Below are positions 8,886 through 19,511 of a stretch of DNA of 20,000 nt, one piece after another. The DNA lies in NCBI GenBank assembly GCA_013265495.1, contig MU057981.1:181681-201680 (forward strand). Reading direction: 5' to 3'. This DNA is from Vicugna vicugna (Eukaryota). The position numbers and the translations under genes were made by a program. Positions within the stretch are counted from its first letter, which is position 1, and every line of letters starts with the position of its first letter. The notes under the pieces were generated by a model. That model saw nothing but the letters and a program-made list of their open reading frames with translations. It had not been told where the DNA came from and searched no databases.

Positions 8886-11800
8886 ACAGCAAGGAATAAT
8901 CTGGGAGGTGTCTTAGTAAATATAGACCTCAATTAACAAAACTAAAGTTTAATATCCACTAAAATATCATCTTTTTCTCTCTAAAATTACCTTCATTTTT
9001 ATCAAATATAGCCAAATCAAGATTAACTTGTTTAAAGTTGTCTGATTATTTAATCATATAGGCTCTTTTAAATTGTCTGTGTTGGAATTTTTAATAAGGA
9101 GTCTCAGGCTACAATGTTAATAAGGCTTTCTAAGGCCAGGAAAGCTACATCAAGTGTTTGTCATAGATTTTTGCCTTACAGATTTAGGTAAATTCTTTCA
9201 TCTTTAAGGTCCTTAAAACACCTTGAGATTCCTATACCTGTTAGGAGATGATCATTCTAATTTATCTGATAGAGCCCCTGGGGACCTAAGGCTTTCCAGT
9301 CTCTGGAGGGACCAGATAGAAAAGATAACTGTTCCAAGTCTGCTTACATAGGTATGATTTATCAAATTGCTGTGAATTCAAATTAGCTTAAGGAGAAGAG
9401 TTTCTTTATGTCTGGGAAACAGATTAAAAGCCAGTAATGTTTCAGACAAAATAAAAAATTATAACCATATTCATCAGTGTACTCAGTCCCATGTAATTAA
9501 TCCTTTTGTTAACAGTTTTATGAAATCAGAGTTTTCATCAGAACTTTAAAATTTCTTACCCAGTTTAGTTCATTGCTATAGTTTGAAATTTATTAGAAAC
9601 CAGTAAGTCTCCTTGAAGATTTTTGCAATGTCATCAGAATAAAACAATAACTGTGTATAAATGACAAAAGATTTAAAGGCATGCTTAAACACCGTTATAC
9701 TGTAATTGATAAAGAAACCTGGTCACAATAACCAGAATTGGTTATTTCAGATATACCAGGATTTTAGGGATTCCATATAATTTCTAGAATATCTATATTA
9801 ATGTTTCCTCATAGAATATAACCTAAGAAGATTTATTATTCATTTGACAATACTTCCCATGTTATTTAACATACCAAATGAAACTTACTAGTTTAAAGTC
9901 TCTCTGGAAAGTTTCAGGGGTCCCTCTGTAGCATCCCAAAGTTAACTGAAGGTCAAAAGAACTTTAATTAGAAATTGATATATGAGAAGTTTGTTAAAAG
10001 GTTTCAAAACACTTGGTCAGATAAAAGTATAGATTACTGTGGAATAGTACTTATTCATTAACAAGAAACTATTTCAAAGGTAAATGCAGAACAGATCAGT
10101 TAAGGGGCAAAAGAAGATTTATAATCTGTTGCTGAAAGCAGATTAACATTTTAAGAAAACTTTGTACTCATGACACAGAGAGAAAACCAAATCTCGTCTT
10201 GTACCAGCTTACTTCTAAGATTCATTTACTTTGACCAAATTGATTCTAAACTTAGCCAATCCCAATCATGTACAAAACTGTTTCCTCAGAGTTCCTCTTC
10301 CACAAGCTTTCCACAACTTTCTATACTCAGATTATTTTGCCCCTTATTTTCTCTTCCATTCAGAAGTAACCAGCTTTAGGACAAAGTCACTATTTCCCAT
10401 TATCAAAAGATAATTCAATTCCTTATATCTTCCTTTACACATTCACCTTACTTTCTTAGTATACTGAGATATTTCCCTTAATAGTAGAGAATATTTCAGG
10501 GTGGCACCAACCATTTATTATTTCTAAACACCTTTAGTTTCTCTGTAAGAGGAAGTCAACTGTTAAGTAATTCATATTTCAATCTTACTTTATCTGAAAA
10601 TGGCATAGCTATTTAATAAACTCCCATCATTTAACTTAATTTACCATAACTCTAGAATTTAAAGACACCAAATATTTATAGAGATTGTCTTCAGCATACA
10701 TTTCTAAAAATAAATTTTTAAAGAATTTACCCAAAAGGTCTCATCTCACTTGCATTTAATTTACTTAGAATTTCATCATATATTACTTTTTTTTTTTGAC
10801 AAATCTGTAACAGTTATAGTAGGATCTTATTTGAATTTCATTAAACCTAGGTACAGTAAAGGTATCATGCTTAGTATTGGTGACTCTAAAGATGTCTATG
10901 TTAATTAGAACAAACTTAAACTAAAAATACAACTATTAACTTAATATTGAATATTTTACAGTTCACGTGAACCTGATAGTCAATTTGGTCAGCTTTTATT
11001 TTAGAAATATTTAATTTGTAAGCTCTTATTTTTAAGTCAATTAAGGAGAGCTCTTTGATTTTGATTTTTTTTTTAGCAGTAGAAATATATCTACAATGTG
11101 TACACAGACTTATAAACAGACAACAGCTAGAGAACTCATAGCTTCACTTTAGAACTTACTTATGAGTTAGGTATTACAATATAAATTTACTGCTTATAAA
11201 TAACAGTTGGAGTAAGCTGAATTTGCTTCCTCAAATCACTAAGGCTTACTATTTATGAAAAAGACATTTAAGATTTCTTGACAAATTCTGAAGGACCTGT
11301 CAGAGTCTGAGTTCTAAAATGCCAAAACTATCTTTGGCCTTAAGGTTTATTTCATTGAGATAATTAGGCTCGGTCTTAGATCATTGTTTGCTGTATTTAC
11401 ATTTCTGATCTGCAAGACAAAGACAGTTGCTTCCAGTTTCCTAAAGAACTGGTCTGTCACTTAGGCCCAATTGTATCTCCTTAATTTGCTTTTCAGTATC
11501 AGTGAGAAGAGCTGTAAACAAAGAATTCCATGTTTTAAGACTTTAAGGCTTAGTTTATCATGTCTTCCAAAGCCTGCAGAAGGCACTTAGTAAGGTCTCT
11601 TTTTCCTGAGTTATAAGTTAAACCCAGGGTAAATCTCTTATTTTTTATTAGCCCCTGAATATTAGTTTTTAGTTTTACTTTATATTGGATGGCTCAGGCA
11701 ACTCTGTTAGTTTCCTTTAGTTTGTTTAATTAATATTTTCTGAGGGACAGATATGTGCCCAGTGTTATAATACCAAGGAGGGGAAGAGTTTTTCCATTGA

Positions 11801-12970
11801 AACGTATCTATCCCACAATATAACTAAGCAAAAGAGGTTTATATAAAGCCCATTTAAATATATCAATTTTGCAAACTTTTATCTCAATTTTATTACCTCT
11901 TATACCTTTAATTGTAATATTCATTAGGTTTAATCAATAATTCTTATTTCTAGAAGGAGTGTCAGAAGCTTTTTTCTTTTATTTCTTGTCCACTTTATCT
12001 AATTTTATATAGAAGTCTCTGGGATTCTCAAGTTTGAGCCAAAGGACTTATGCTCTTGTCAAATTTAATTTGATTAATCGGTTGCCACAATCATTGATCA
12101 AGTATCTCAGTCTATATATTTTTTTTCAGCCGTATAAATATATACATTTTAAACTAGGGTAAATAAAGCGGACTTGTTTGAACTTTAATGTTGGGGACCA
12201 GTAGGTGAATTCTTTGACCTTTTTTTTTTAATTTTACATAGTGTAGTATCAAAACCTTGTGTCTTAATCCAAAAATGTCCATTTTATTTATCCCATTCAA
12301 AATAACCATCTAAAAATATGTATCCATTTGGGATAAGTCCCTTACTATTTTTTTTCTCATTAAGAAAAAAATCTTTTGGCATTTTTACATTCCTTTTTCC
12401 AGTTACTCAACCTAATTAACATTAATTATTCTAATGTTTTTATTAGCATCTCTAAAACCCATTGAAGGGAAAGGGAAAACACGAATGTAGCTTTCCAACC
12501 TGGTTTTTAGTTTTTTTTTTTTATCTAAGTTCTTAGGTTAACCGTTAGATATATCTTTCCACCTTTAAACTTGATTGATTTTAATAAGTACCAATAAAAC
12601 AGCTGTTTATAATGAGAGCTCTTTTAACTTTCACCAATTTAGAAGTTTTTCCAAATTAAAGGATCCATCATATGACCATCAATTAATATATATATAGTGA
12701 ATTTAAGCCAATACGATGAAGAGGATTTTCCACATGAGAGTGGAGGTATTGCGTAAATAAAATTCAAATTTTACTCCCCAAAAGCTAAAGGCCTTTGTTG
12801 TCCAGGCTGATACAACAAGGGTTAAGATGGCAAATGCCTGAGAGTTGATACAATCAAAGGATTGTTGAGAATCCCAATTTATTTGCTTGGCCGCCATATG
12901 TACACAATACTTGTATCTTTTGTATGGCAGAGTCAATTTTCCTTTAAAAAAAAAAAAGGAAACGCATATA

Positions 12971-12992
12971 CACACACACACACACACACACA
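12971..12992. repeat. (CA)11 microsatellite
   Basis: Read directly from the sequence. Confidence 0.97.
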
Positions 12993-13084
12993 AAACACCG
13001 AGAGAAAGATAAAACATTTACATTTCAAGGACATAGGAAGAGAAATCCAACTTCCCCTTAAAGGAGCTTTTGTTTTTATAAGGT

Positions 13085-13455
13085 CAGAATTTCAAAAAAA
13101 AAATTTTTATCAGGCCTGGCTAGTTATTTTCAGGGTGATATATATATATGTACCACCCTGAAAATATATATATTAATTCCCAATTAAAGCCATAAATTTT
13201 GTACATAAACCTGGCTGGGGTATTAGTTGGTGGCTGGCAATCTGTCATTTCTTTTTCTTTTGTTTTGAACAGAATTTCAAAAAAAAAAATTTTTATCAGG
13301 CCTGGCTAGTTATTTTCAGGGTGATATATATATATGTACCACCCTGAAAATATATATATTAATTCCCAATTAAAGCCATAAATTTTGTACATAAACCTGG
13401 CTGGGGTATTAGTTGGTGGCTGGCAATCTGTCATTTCTTTTTCTTTTGTTTTGAA
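13085..13455. repeat. Near-perfect 185/186-bp tandem duplication inside the ERV interior
   Basis: 13085-13269 and 13270-13455 look identical by eye apart from an A10 versus A11 run. Confidence 0.95.
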
Positions 13456-13997
13456 AGTTCTATTCCCCATTCTAAGATCGGGTTGTCAGAATAAAATCGC
13501 TAGTAGGTTTTCCAGCAGGGACAGCTGCATGGCATGAGGTCTTTGCCTCTGCCACTCCTGCAAGTTTCTCAGACAACCAAGAAAGCTGTTACCAGCCAGG
13601 AGGAGGGTCCTATTTTTGGAGTTGAAAGGTTCCTCATAAGAGTTTTACTTTTATCCCAACAAATTCAATGGAGGTAGCCAAATTGAGGAAAGTGTTCAAC
13701 CAGCCTCTTACCTAACTACTCAGTCCAGACCCCAGTATTTTTCAGCCAGGCCCCATCCAGCATGTCTCCACTGGGTGGGTATTTCCCCCCAGTAACTTTC
13801 AACTGGAGGGCCAGATACCTGGATACACAGCTAAATAAAACTCAGGATCAACCAATATGGGAGATCCCAGAACCAGGAGAAACTCACCCAAATTCCTCTG
13901 GACTCCCCGAGTAGGTGCATGGGCACAAAGGGCCACTGATGGTACCAAGGCTGCAGTTCCTCGGAAAGTTCAAGCGAAGGAGAGAAGTCTGCTATGG

Positions 13998-14015
13998 GTC
14001 CCTTCGTGGTCACCA
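13998..14015 (-). other. Primer-binding site complementary to tRNA-Arg
   Basis: Minus strand TGGTGACCACGAAGGGAC begins 4 nt after the 5' LTR. The plus strand GTCCCTTCGTGGTCACCA matches the mammalian tRNA-Arg(TCG) 3' end GTCCCTTCGTGGTCGCCA (recalled) with one CpG-type mismatch. Confidence 0.85.
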
Positions 14016-14019
14016 AAAC

Positions 14020-15134
14020 TGTTGACTGAAATAAATGAACAGCCTTAAAGTTGAGAATTATGTTTTATTTGATGGGAGGACTCGAGGAGGGATGACAGCC
14101 TCTCAGATTGTTAGAGCAGGCAGATAGCTAGATACGAGCAGAGAAAGGGGGACACAGACCAAATGGCAGGAATTGGGCAGAAAGGAGGGGCACAGGCCAA
14201 ATGCAGGAAACCACACATCATGTGAGCAGCAGGGATCCCTGGGCAAAGAAAAGCTGGAATCTTTGGGCTGATAAGGGGCCACACCTTTTGGCCTGGAAAC
14301 CAACAAAGAAAGGTCAGAAAAGGCAGGAATTTCCAGTGTCTGAATGTAACCTTTTACTCATTATGCCCTCATTTCAATAAAATTAGCCTTGCAGATCAGA
14401 AGTACCTATCATACACCGATGCCATGACACTTCCGATCCAGACTAAATAAGGACAAAAATCCCTCCTCCCTTTGGGAAGATGGAGTTGGGATGATAATCA
14501 GGGAATAACGACCCCAAACCCTTCCCTCCCCAATGAATATTCCGCGCATTCATTTTTACAACCTATGTAACTAACTTGCCAAAGAAACTCAGGGCAGCTT
14601 CTCACCTGAGCCTGCCCTCTCTCCCATGAGAGTGTACTATCCATCCTTTAATAAATCCTCACTTTACCTTTTTAACCCTTAAGTCTTGTCTCTGAATTCT
14701 TTCTGGGACGGGACAAGAACCTGGAACACCAGTTGCACCTATCGGCGGCAAGATTGCTCTGGGAACTGCTCTGAAGAGGTAGGGGAGGAGCTAGGGTATA
14801 TAGGAGCTTTATAACAAAGACCTGGTAGTTGGAAAAATTAAAGATTGCTTGTTATCTAAAGAGAACCAGGCATATCGATTTAAAGAATTTAGTGCCTTTC
14901 TAAATGTATGAGAGAAAGCAAACATTTGGACTCATTGAATTCATTCCTTTGACAAGCACCTAGCTATCTAGGGCCAGTATCCTGTCCTTTCTTATTGAGT
15001 CCCCTCAGAGGGCACCATTGTGAGTGGTTGCAGAGGCTGGGCTTCAGGTCTGTCCTCACTGGTGGGTGGCGACAGCCACTGATGATCTGGTTTCAGCATT
15101 GTTTACTGATATGGTTGCAGTATTTTCATTCACA
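14020..15134 (-). mobile_element. 5' LTR of the provirus, interrupted by a nested solo LTR (LTR parts 14020-14108 and 14755-15134)
   Basis: TGTTGA...TTCACA termini, colinear with 7251-7721. Minus-strand AATAAA at 14064-14069 and TATATA at 14797-14802. Confidence 0.93.
14109..14750 (+). mobile_element. Nested solo LTR (642 bp) of a different, younger class I ERV
   Basis: TG...CA termini, perfect 4-bp TSD AGAT (14105-14108, 14751-14754), AATAAA at 14650-14655, ERV1-style U5 motif TGAATTCTTTCT...GACAAGAACC. Absent from the other LTR. Confidence 0.92.
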
Positions 15135-15315
15135 CCAGATACACCAGTCCCACTCAGCTTGCTGAGGTGGGGAGCGGGGGCGGTGCTATTAGGGTGTGCT
15201 CTGCCCTACCCCGCAGCATGGCCTGGGAGCGGCCTGCTGCCCAAGAAGCCGGAAGCCCTTCTCCAGGTCAGCTTGCTCATGGGAGGCGGGCACGGTGCCG
15301 CCAGGGGGCGGGTAA
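15135..15315. repeat. GC/CpG-rich degenerate tandem repeat, right half of the locus split by the ERV
   Basis: Shares GGCCTGGGAGCGGCCT (15220-15235 = 7218-7233) and CTCCAG.T.AGCTTG.TC.TGGGAG (15261 ~ 7095) with the left flank. Contains GC boxes and CCGGAAG. Confidence 0.65.
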
Positions 15316-15455
15316 GGTTATTTATTATTAAAGATTCAAAACTATTTTCATGGTCTCTTATTTAGAAATAGCTTTATTAGAAGATTGAAGGGTATTTAAA
15401 AGGTGGAAAAATACCCATGATGTTACCATCATTTTTTTAACTAAATGTTAAGAAC

Positions 15456-15616
15456 TGTACAGGGTCTAAGATTTGACCCCTCTTGCAAGCTAGCAAGTTA
15501 ACAAGATACAGTTTTGTGGATGCTGCCAGGGGACAGGAGACTCCCTCCTGGGTCAGAGACCAAGAACTTCCTACCAGCACAGCAGGCAGCCTGTGGTTCA
15601 CGTTCATGTTGGTTCC
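15456..15616 (-). mobile_element. Old ERVL-type LTR fragment (LTR40-like; family tentative)
   Basis: TGTACAGGGTCTAAGATTTGACCCCTCTTGCAAGCTAGCAAGTTA...GGATGCTG...CTCCTGGGTCAGAGAC resembles a eutherian-wide ERVL LTR end. Confidence 0.6.
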
Positions 15617-16048
15617 TGAGTTCATTTCCTATTGCTGTTGTAACAAAGGGTGACAAAATCAGTGGCTTGAGTCAATACACATTCATTGTCTTACTGTTCT
15701 AGGGTGCAGAAATCCAAAGTCAATGTCACTGGGCTAAAATCAATGTGTGGTCAGAGCTACGTTCTATACAATACTTGCCTTTCCCAGCTTGTAGAGGTTT
15801 CTCACATGCCTTGGCCCAGGGCCATGTGCCACTGTGACCTCTCCTGCTACTTCACATCTCTGTCTCTGACTGTCCTGCTTCTCTCCCATAAGGATCTTCG
15901 TGATGTCGTTTGCTTACCCACAGTGATCTCCCATCCCAAGGTCCTTAAGAGTCACACCTGCAGAGTCCCTTTTACCACACACAGTGACATATTCACAGGT
16001 TCTAGGGATCAGACCGTGGACATATTGGAGATTCATTATTCTACTACA
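15617..16048 (-). mobile_element. MaLR LTR (MLT1C/D-like)
   Basis: TTTCCTATTGCTGTTGTAACAAA...AGTGGCTT...CACTGGGCTAAAATCAA...ATATTCACAGGTTCTAGGGATCAG...CTACTACA. Confidence 0.85.
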
Positions 16049-16247
16049 TTCTTCCCTTTGGCCCCACAGATTCATGTCCATCCCACATACAAAATGCATC
16101 CACCTCATCCTAACACACTTTAGAGTCTCATTTACTACGCCATCAACTCAAAGTCCAATATGTAGTCTAACTATTTTCAGCTCAAAAGTCCTCAATATTT
16201 TCATCCTCATCACCTAAGTCAGTCGTGGGTGAGACCCAGGGTGTGAT
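16049..16247 (-). mobile_element. MaLR internal (MLT1-int) fragment adjoining the LTR
   Basis: PPT-like TTCTTCCCTTTGGCCCC, then ATTCATGTCCATCCCACATACAAAAT...CATCAACTCAAAGTCCAA...GGGTGAGAC, typical of MLT-int. Confidence 0.75.
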
Positions 16248-17125
16248 ACTTCTCTGCTCAAAATCCTACAATGGCTTCTCATTTCACTCAGTGAAGAAGC
16301 GAGAGTCCTTTCAGTGACCTCAGTGCTTTCCTCCCCCTCCCCAAGCTGAGCTCATCTCCGATTTTTTTCCTGGATCACTCCCTTCAGCCGCACTGGGCTC
16401 CCTGCTGGCCCTTGGGAACTTCAGACATGCACCCACAGGGCTGCTGCCCTGGCCGGTCTCTGTCCAACTCATATGCTGAAGTCCTAACCCCCAGGACTAC
16501 AGAACATGACCCCACTTGGAAATAGGGTTGTTGCACATGTCATTGGTTAAGATGAGGTCATTAGGGTGGGCCCTAATCCAGTATGATTTGTGTCCTTATA
16601 AAAAGGGGCAATGTGGACACAGAGACATGTGTACATGGGAGATGACGTGATGAGATGTGGAGAGAAGACTGTCGTCTCCAAGCCAAGGAGAGAGGCCTGG
16701 ACCAGCCTCTCCCTCCCAGCCCTCAGGAGGAACCAGCCCTGCTGACACCCTGCCTGCAGACTCCCAGCCCTTGGAGCTGTGTGACAGTGAGCCTCTGTGG
16801 TTCATGTTACCCATTGTGCGATGCTGTGTTAGAGGAAGCCCAGCAACTAGTACCCCCTTCTCAAGGTCCCCAGTGAGGTCAAATCTGACCATCTCATTTT
16901 AAACTGGAAACTGCCTTCCCCTTATCTCTGCCCCAGAACACCCTCTCCCTGATCATACTCTTTCTATCACCTTCTAGAATACCATACAAGTCACCTGACT
17001 GTTATGACTGTAGTTTATGTTCTGCTCCTCCTCAATCCTGCAAGGAAAAGTATCCTTATTTGTTCACTAATGGATCTCTGGTGGCTTGACCTGTACCTGG
17101 GACACTGCAGTCAATACAAATTGGC
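16248..17125 (+). mobile_element. LINE2 3' fragment interrupted by an MLT1 LTR
   Basis: CTCTGCTCAAAATCCTACAATGGCTTCTCATTTCACTCAG at the start. Resumes after ~16853 with TTTGTTCACT...CCTGGGACA...TCAATA. Confidence 0.7.
16455..16853 (+). mobile_element. MaLR LTR (MLT1B-like)
   Basis: CATATGCTGAAGTCCTAACCCCCAG...TTGGAAATAGGGT...TTAAGATGAGGTCATTAGGGTGGGCCCTAATCCA...CAAGCCAAGGAGAGAGGCC...CAGCAACTAGTAC. Confidence 0.88.
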
Positions 17126-17140
17126 CGGATAGAGAGAGGG

Positions 17141-17240
17141 ACCATTATTATATTCACAGGTGAGTGAACAAAGGTTCCAGGGGGTTGAGTGTTTTGCTCA
17201 GGCACAGAGCTGTTAAGTCGCAGACCAAGGTGGGTTTCAA
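17141..17240 (-). mobile_element. MIR core fragment
   Basis: TTCACAGGTGAGTGAACAAAGGTTCCAGGGGGTTGAGTGTTTTGCTCAGG resembles the reverse MIR core. Confidence 0.55.
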
Positions 17241-17539
17241 GTACCTATGAACCTGAAGGTGGCTTGAGTGATTCCCTTTCTGTTGGTTAGTATTTCTCAG
17301 GTGTCTGTTTTTTCTGGCTCTATCTTTTGACCTCTTTCTGTTATTCTGTTAAGCTTTCAACCAGTTTTAAGTTTTAATTTTGCTTTGTTTCGGGTAAACA
17401 AATGAAATCTGTAAATCTTTTAACTCATTATTTATTTCATCTGAATACATTGTGATTAGCGAGGATGTTTTATTTCTGGCATCTTGTTTTGTGATTTCTA
17501 TTTGCTTTGCTCTGCTTTTCTCCTGCCTGTTATATACCT

Positions 17540-17755
17540 TGCAGTCATGGTTAAGCACATGGCATCTAGAGACAGCCTATCTGGGCTTCGTTCCCTCCCT
17601 TGCTAACCATGTAACCAAGATATGTAGTCCCTTTGAGACTCATTTTCTTCATATACAAAAAGGGGTACTGTCCACCTCAAAGTTAGTGACCAATTAAGTG
17701 ATAAAATAGATGAAAAATATAGAATAGTGACTGGCATATTTTGCATGCTTCAATT
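17540..17755 (+). mobile_element. MIR SINE, near full length
   Basis: TGGTTAAGCACATGG...CTCATTTTCTTCATATACAAAAAGGGG...TAGAATAGTGACTGGCATA, colinear with the MIR consensus. Confidence 0.8.
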
Positions 17756-17879
17756 TGACGTCTTTATTTTTATTCTCTTTTTAAACAATTATTTCAAAGA
17801 TTACACTTGAATTTTAATGAACACCCTAGATATTGAAGGTTAAAATGTTATTTAACCCACACACATAATTTTGTATACA

Positions 17880-19190
17880 TAATGTTATCTGTATTTTGTT
17901 TCCATAAGTTCTGTTTAGTTCTTAAAGAATTGATCTGTTTTATTTTTCATGATGTCTTCATTTTTCATTATGTTATATATGATTCATTTTATGTTTTAAT
18001 GATTCAGTCATACTTATTTTATGCTCTCTCTTAGATTGTTTCATAATTTTAGGCTCTGGAATATTGACCATCCTGTGTTTTATGGTTAGCTCTTTCTACC
18101 CTGTGGCCATTTATTTCCTTCTGTTTTTAGTTGTGTGTCTGTTTGTGTGTAGAGTTGTGTGAGCTTCTCTTTAGTGAGTACAATTTTTTTCCTATGATTG
18201 TCCCTTACATCTTGGTTTTTAAAGTTTCCCTAGAGAACAATTTTGTGTTGCTTATCCTAAGGCTCCAGGTGATTTGATCAATCTGGAATTATTATATTTT
18301 TTGGCTTGGGAATTCCGGAATCTTAAGTGGAATATCAACCTGGATTCCACATTCATATGAAGCAGGGTCTTGGAGATTAGATTTTTTTTAAAGGAGACTT
18401 CGTTTTTTTTTCCTAGAGAACCGGTTTTTTCACCCCTTTCCTATGTGCACACGTGGAGAACTTTGAGTTTCCCTTTCAGTGAAGAGGCAAGTCTCCCAAT
18501 ATGTCTTATGCATAGGTTTCTATAAAGGAAGACTCTTCTACATCTGGTATGGGTCCTTTTTTCTAAATGGACATTATATCCCTATTTATGTGCAGATTAA
18601 AGCCTCTTCCCTCCAGGGTGCGGTGGTATCAGCTCACAAGATTACCATTCTGGCTTTAAGTGTCCTCTTTGTATTGTCACCTGAGAACTTCTCTCTCCAC
18701 ATTTAGCTCTGTATTACTTTTGTTGTATTTTATCCAACATTACTGAAAGTTTTAATTAAAAGGGATCTAAATTAGCTGTGTTAACCTGTTTCTAGAACTG
18801 AAAGCTTCAGTTCTAGAGTATCTGCTTGATTTACCTTAAAAATACATTCCAGTATATTTCTCTGGTGAAAGTCTTTATCCTGTTATCTATTTTCCATTAT
18901 TTCGTCATTTTCTTGAATATATTAAAAATGATTATTTTATAGCCTATATTGTTAACTCTGATGCCTATAACACCTGGGGGTTTGCATCCATTGCTTAATG
19001 TTTCTTATTCTCATATTATCCGTCATATAGTCTTGACATGTTGTGTGTCTAGAAATTCTTTATTACATGGCAGACATTGTGAATGAAAAATCCATATGTT
19101 ATCTTCCATGAGAGGTTTTCTGCCTTCCCATCAGGCAGACAGGGTGAGGGACTGATCATCTCACTCCAATCAGGCGCTGAAGTGGGTCAG
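17880..19190 (-). mobile_element. Ancient, highly decayed L1M-type fragments
   Basis: Strongly T-rich plus strand with old-L1-like phrasing. Subfamily and boundaries not resolvable by eye. Confidence 0.4.
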
Positions 19191-19201
19191 GAATGAAGTG
19201 C

Positions 19202-19511
19202 TTTTTTCTTAAAACAGCTTTGATGTATATTTGGCAAAATAATTTTCACATATTTAAAGTGTAAACTGAATACATTTTGACATAATTATATCCCCAAGAA
19301 AACATGACCACACTCAAGAGAGTGAACATATCCATCACCCACAAAACTTCTCTCCCACCTTTTGTTGTTCCTCCCTCCCTTCCCATCTCTTCCCCTGGAA
19401 ACCATTGGTGTGATTTCTGTCACAACATATTGGTTTGCATTTTCAAGATCCTTGTGTGAAAGGATTGATTCAGTATCTACTCTGTTTCCTGACTTCTTTC
19501 ATTCAGTGTAA
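19202..19511 (-). mobile_element. Old L1 (L1MB/MC/ME-like) 3' end
   Basis: AACAGCTTT...CACATATTTAAAGTGTA...GAACATATCCATCACCC...AACCATTG...GATTTCTGTCAC...TTTGCATTTT. Confidence 0.8.

Larger units (their letters stand above)
7251..15134 (-). mobile_element. Full-length degenerate, non-autonomous class I endogenous retrovirus (MER41/MER4-group-like)
   Basis: Paired TG...CA LTRs at 7251-7721 and 14020-15134, PBS next to the right LTR, PPT next to the left LTR, IN and env relics on minus, and a long AT-rich non-coding interior. Confidence 0.93.

Noticed and set aside
13085..13455. CRISPR-like or MITE interpretation of the duplicated hairpin unit
   Set aside because: Eukaryotic DNA, only two identical units with no unique spacers, and no convincing TIR plus TSD.
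15024..15365. 113-aa ORF crossing the LTR boundary
   Set aside because: GTG start, antisense to the LTR, and a chimeric LTR/flank sequence with no domain.
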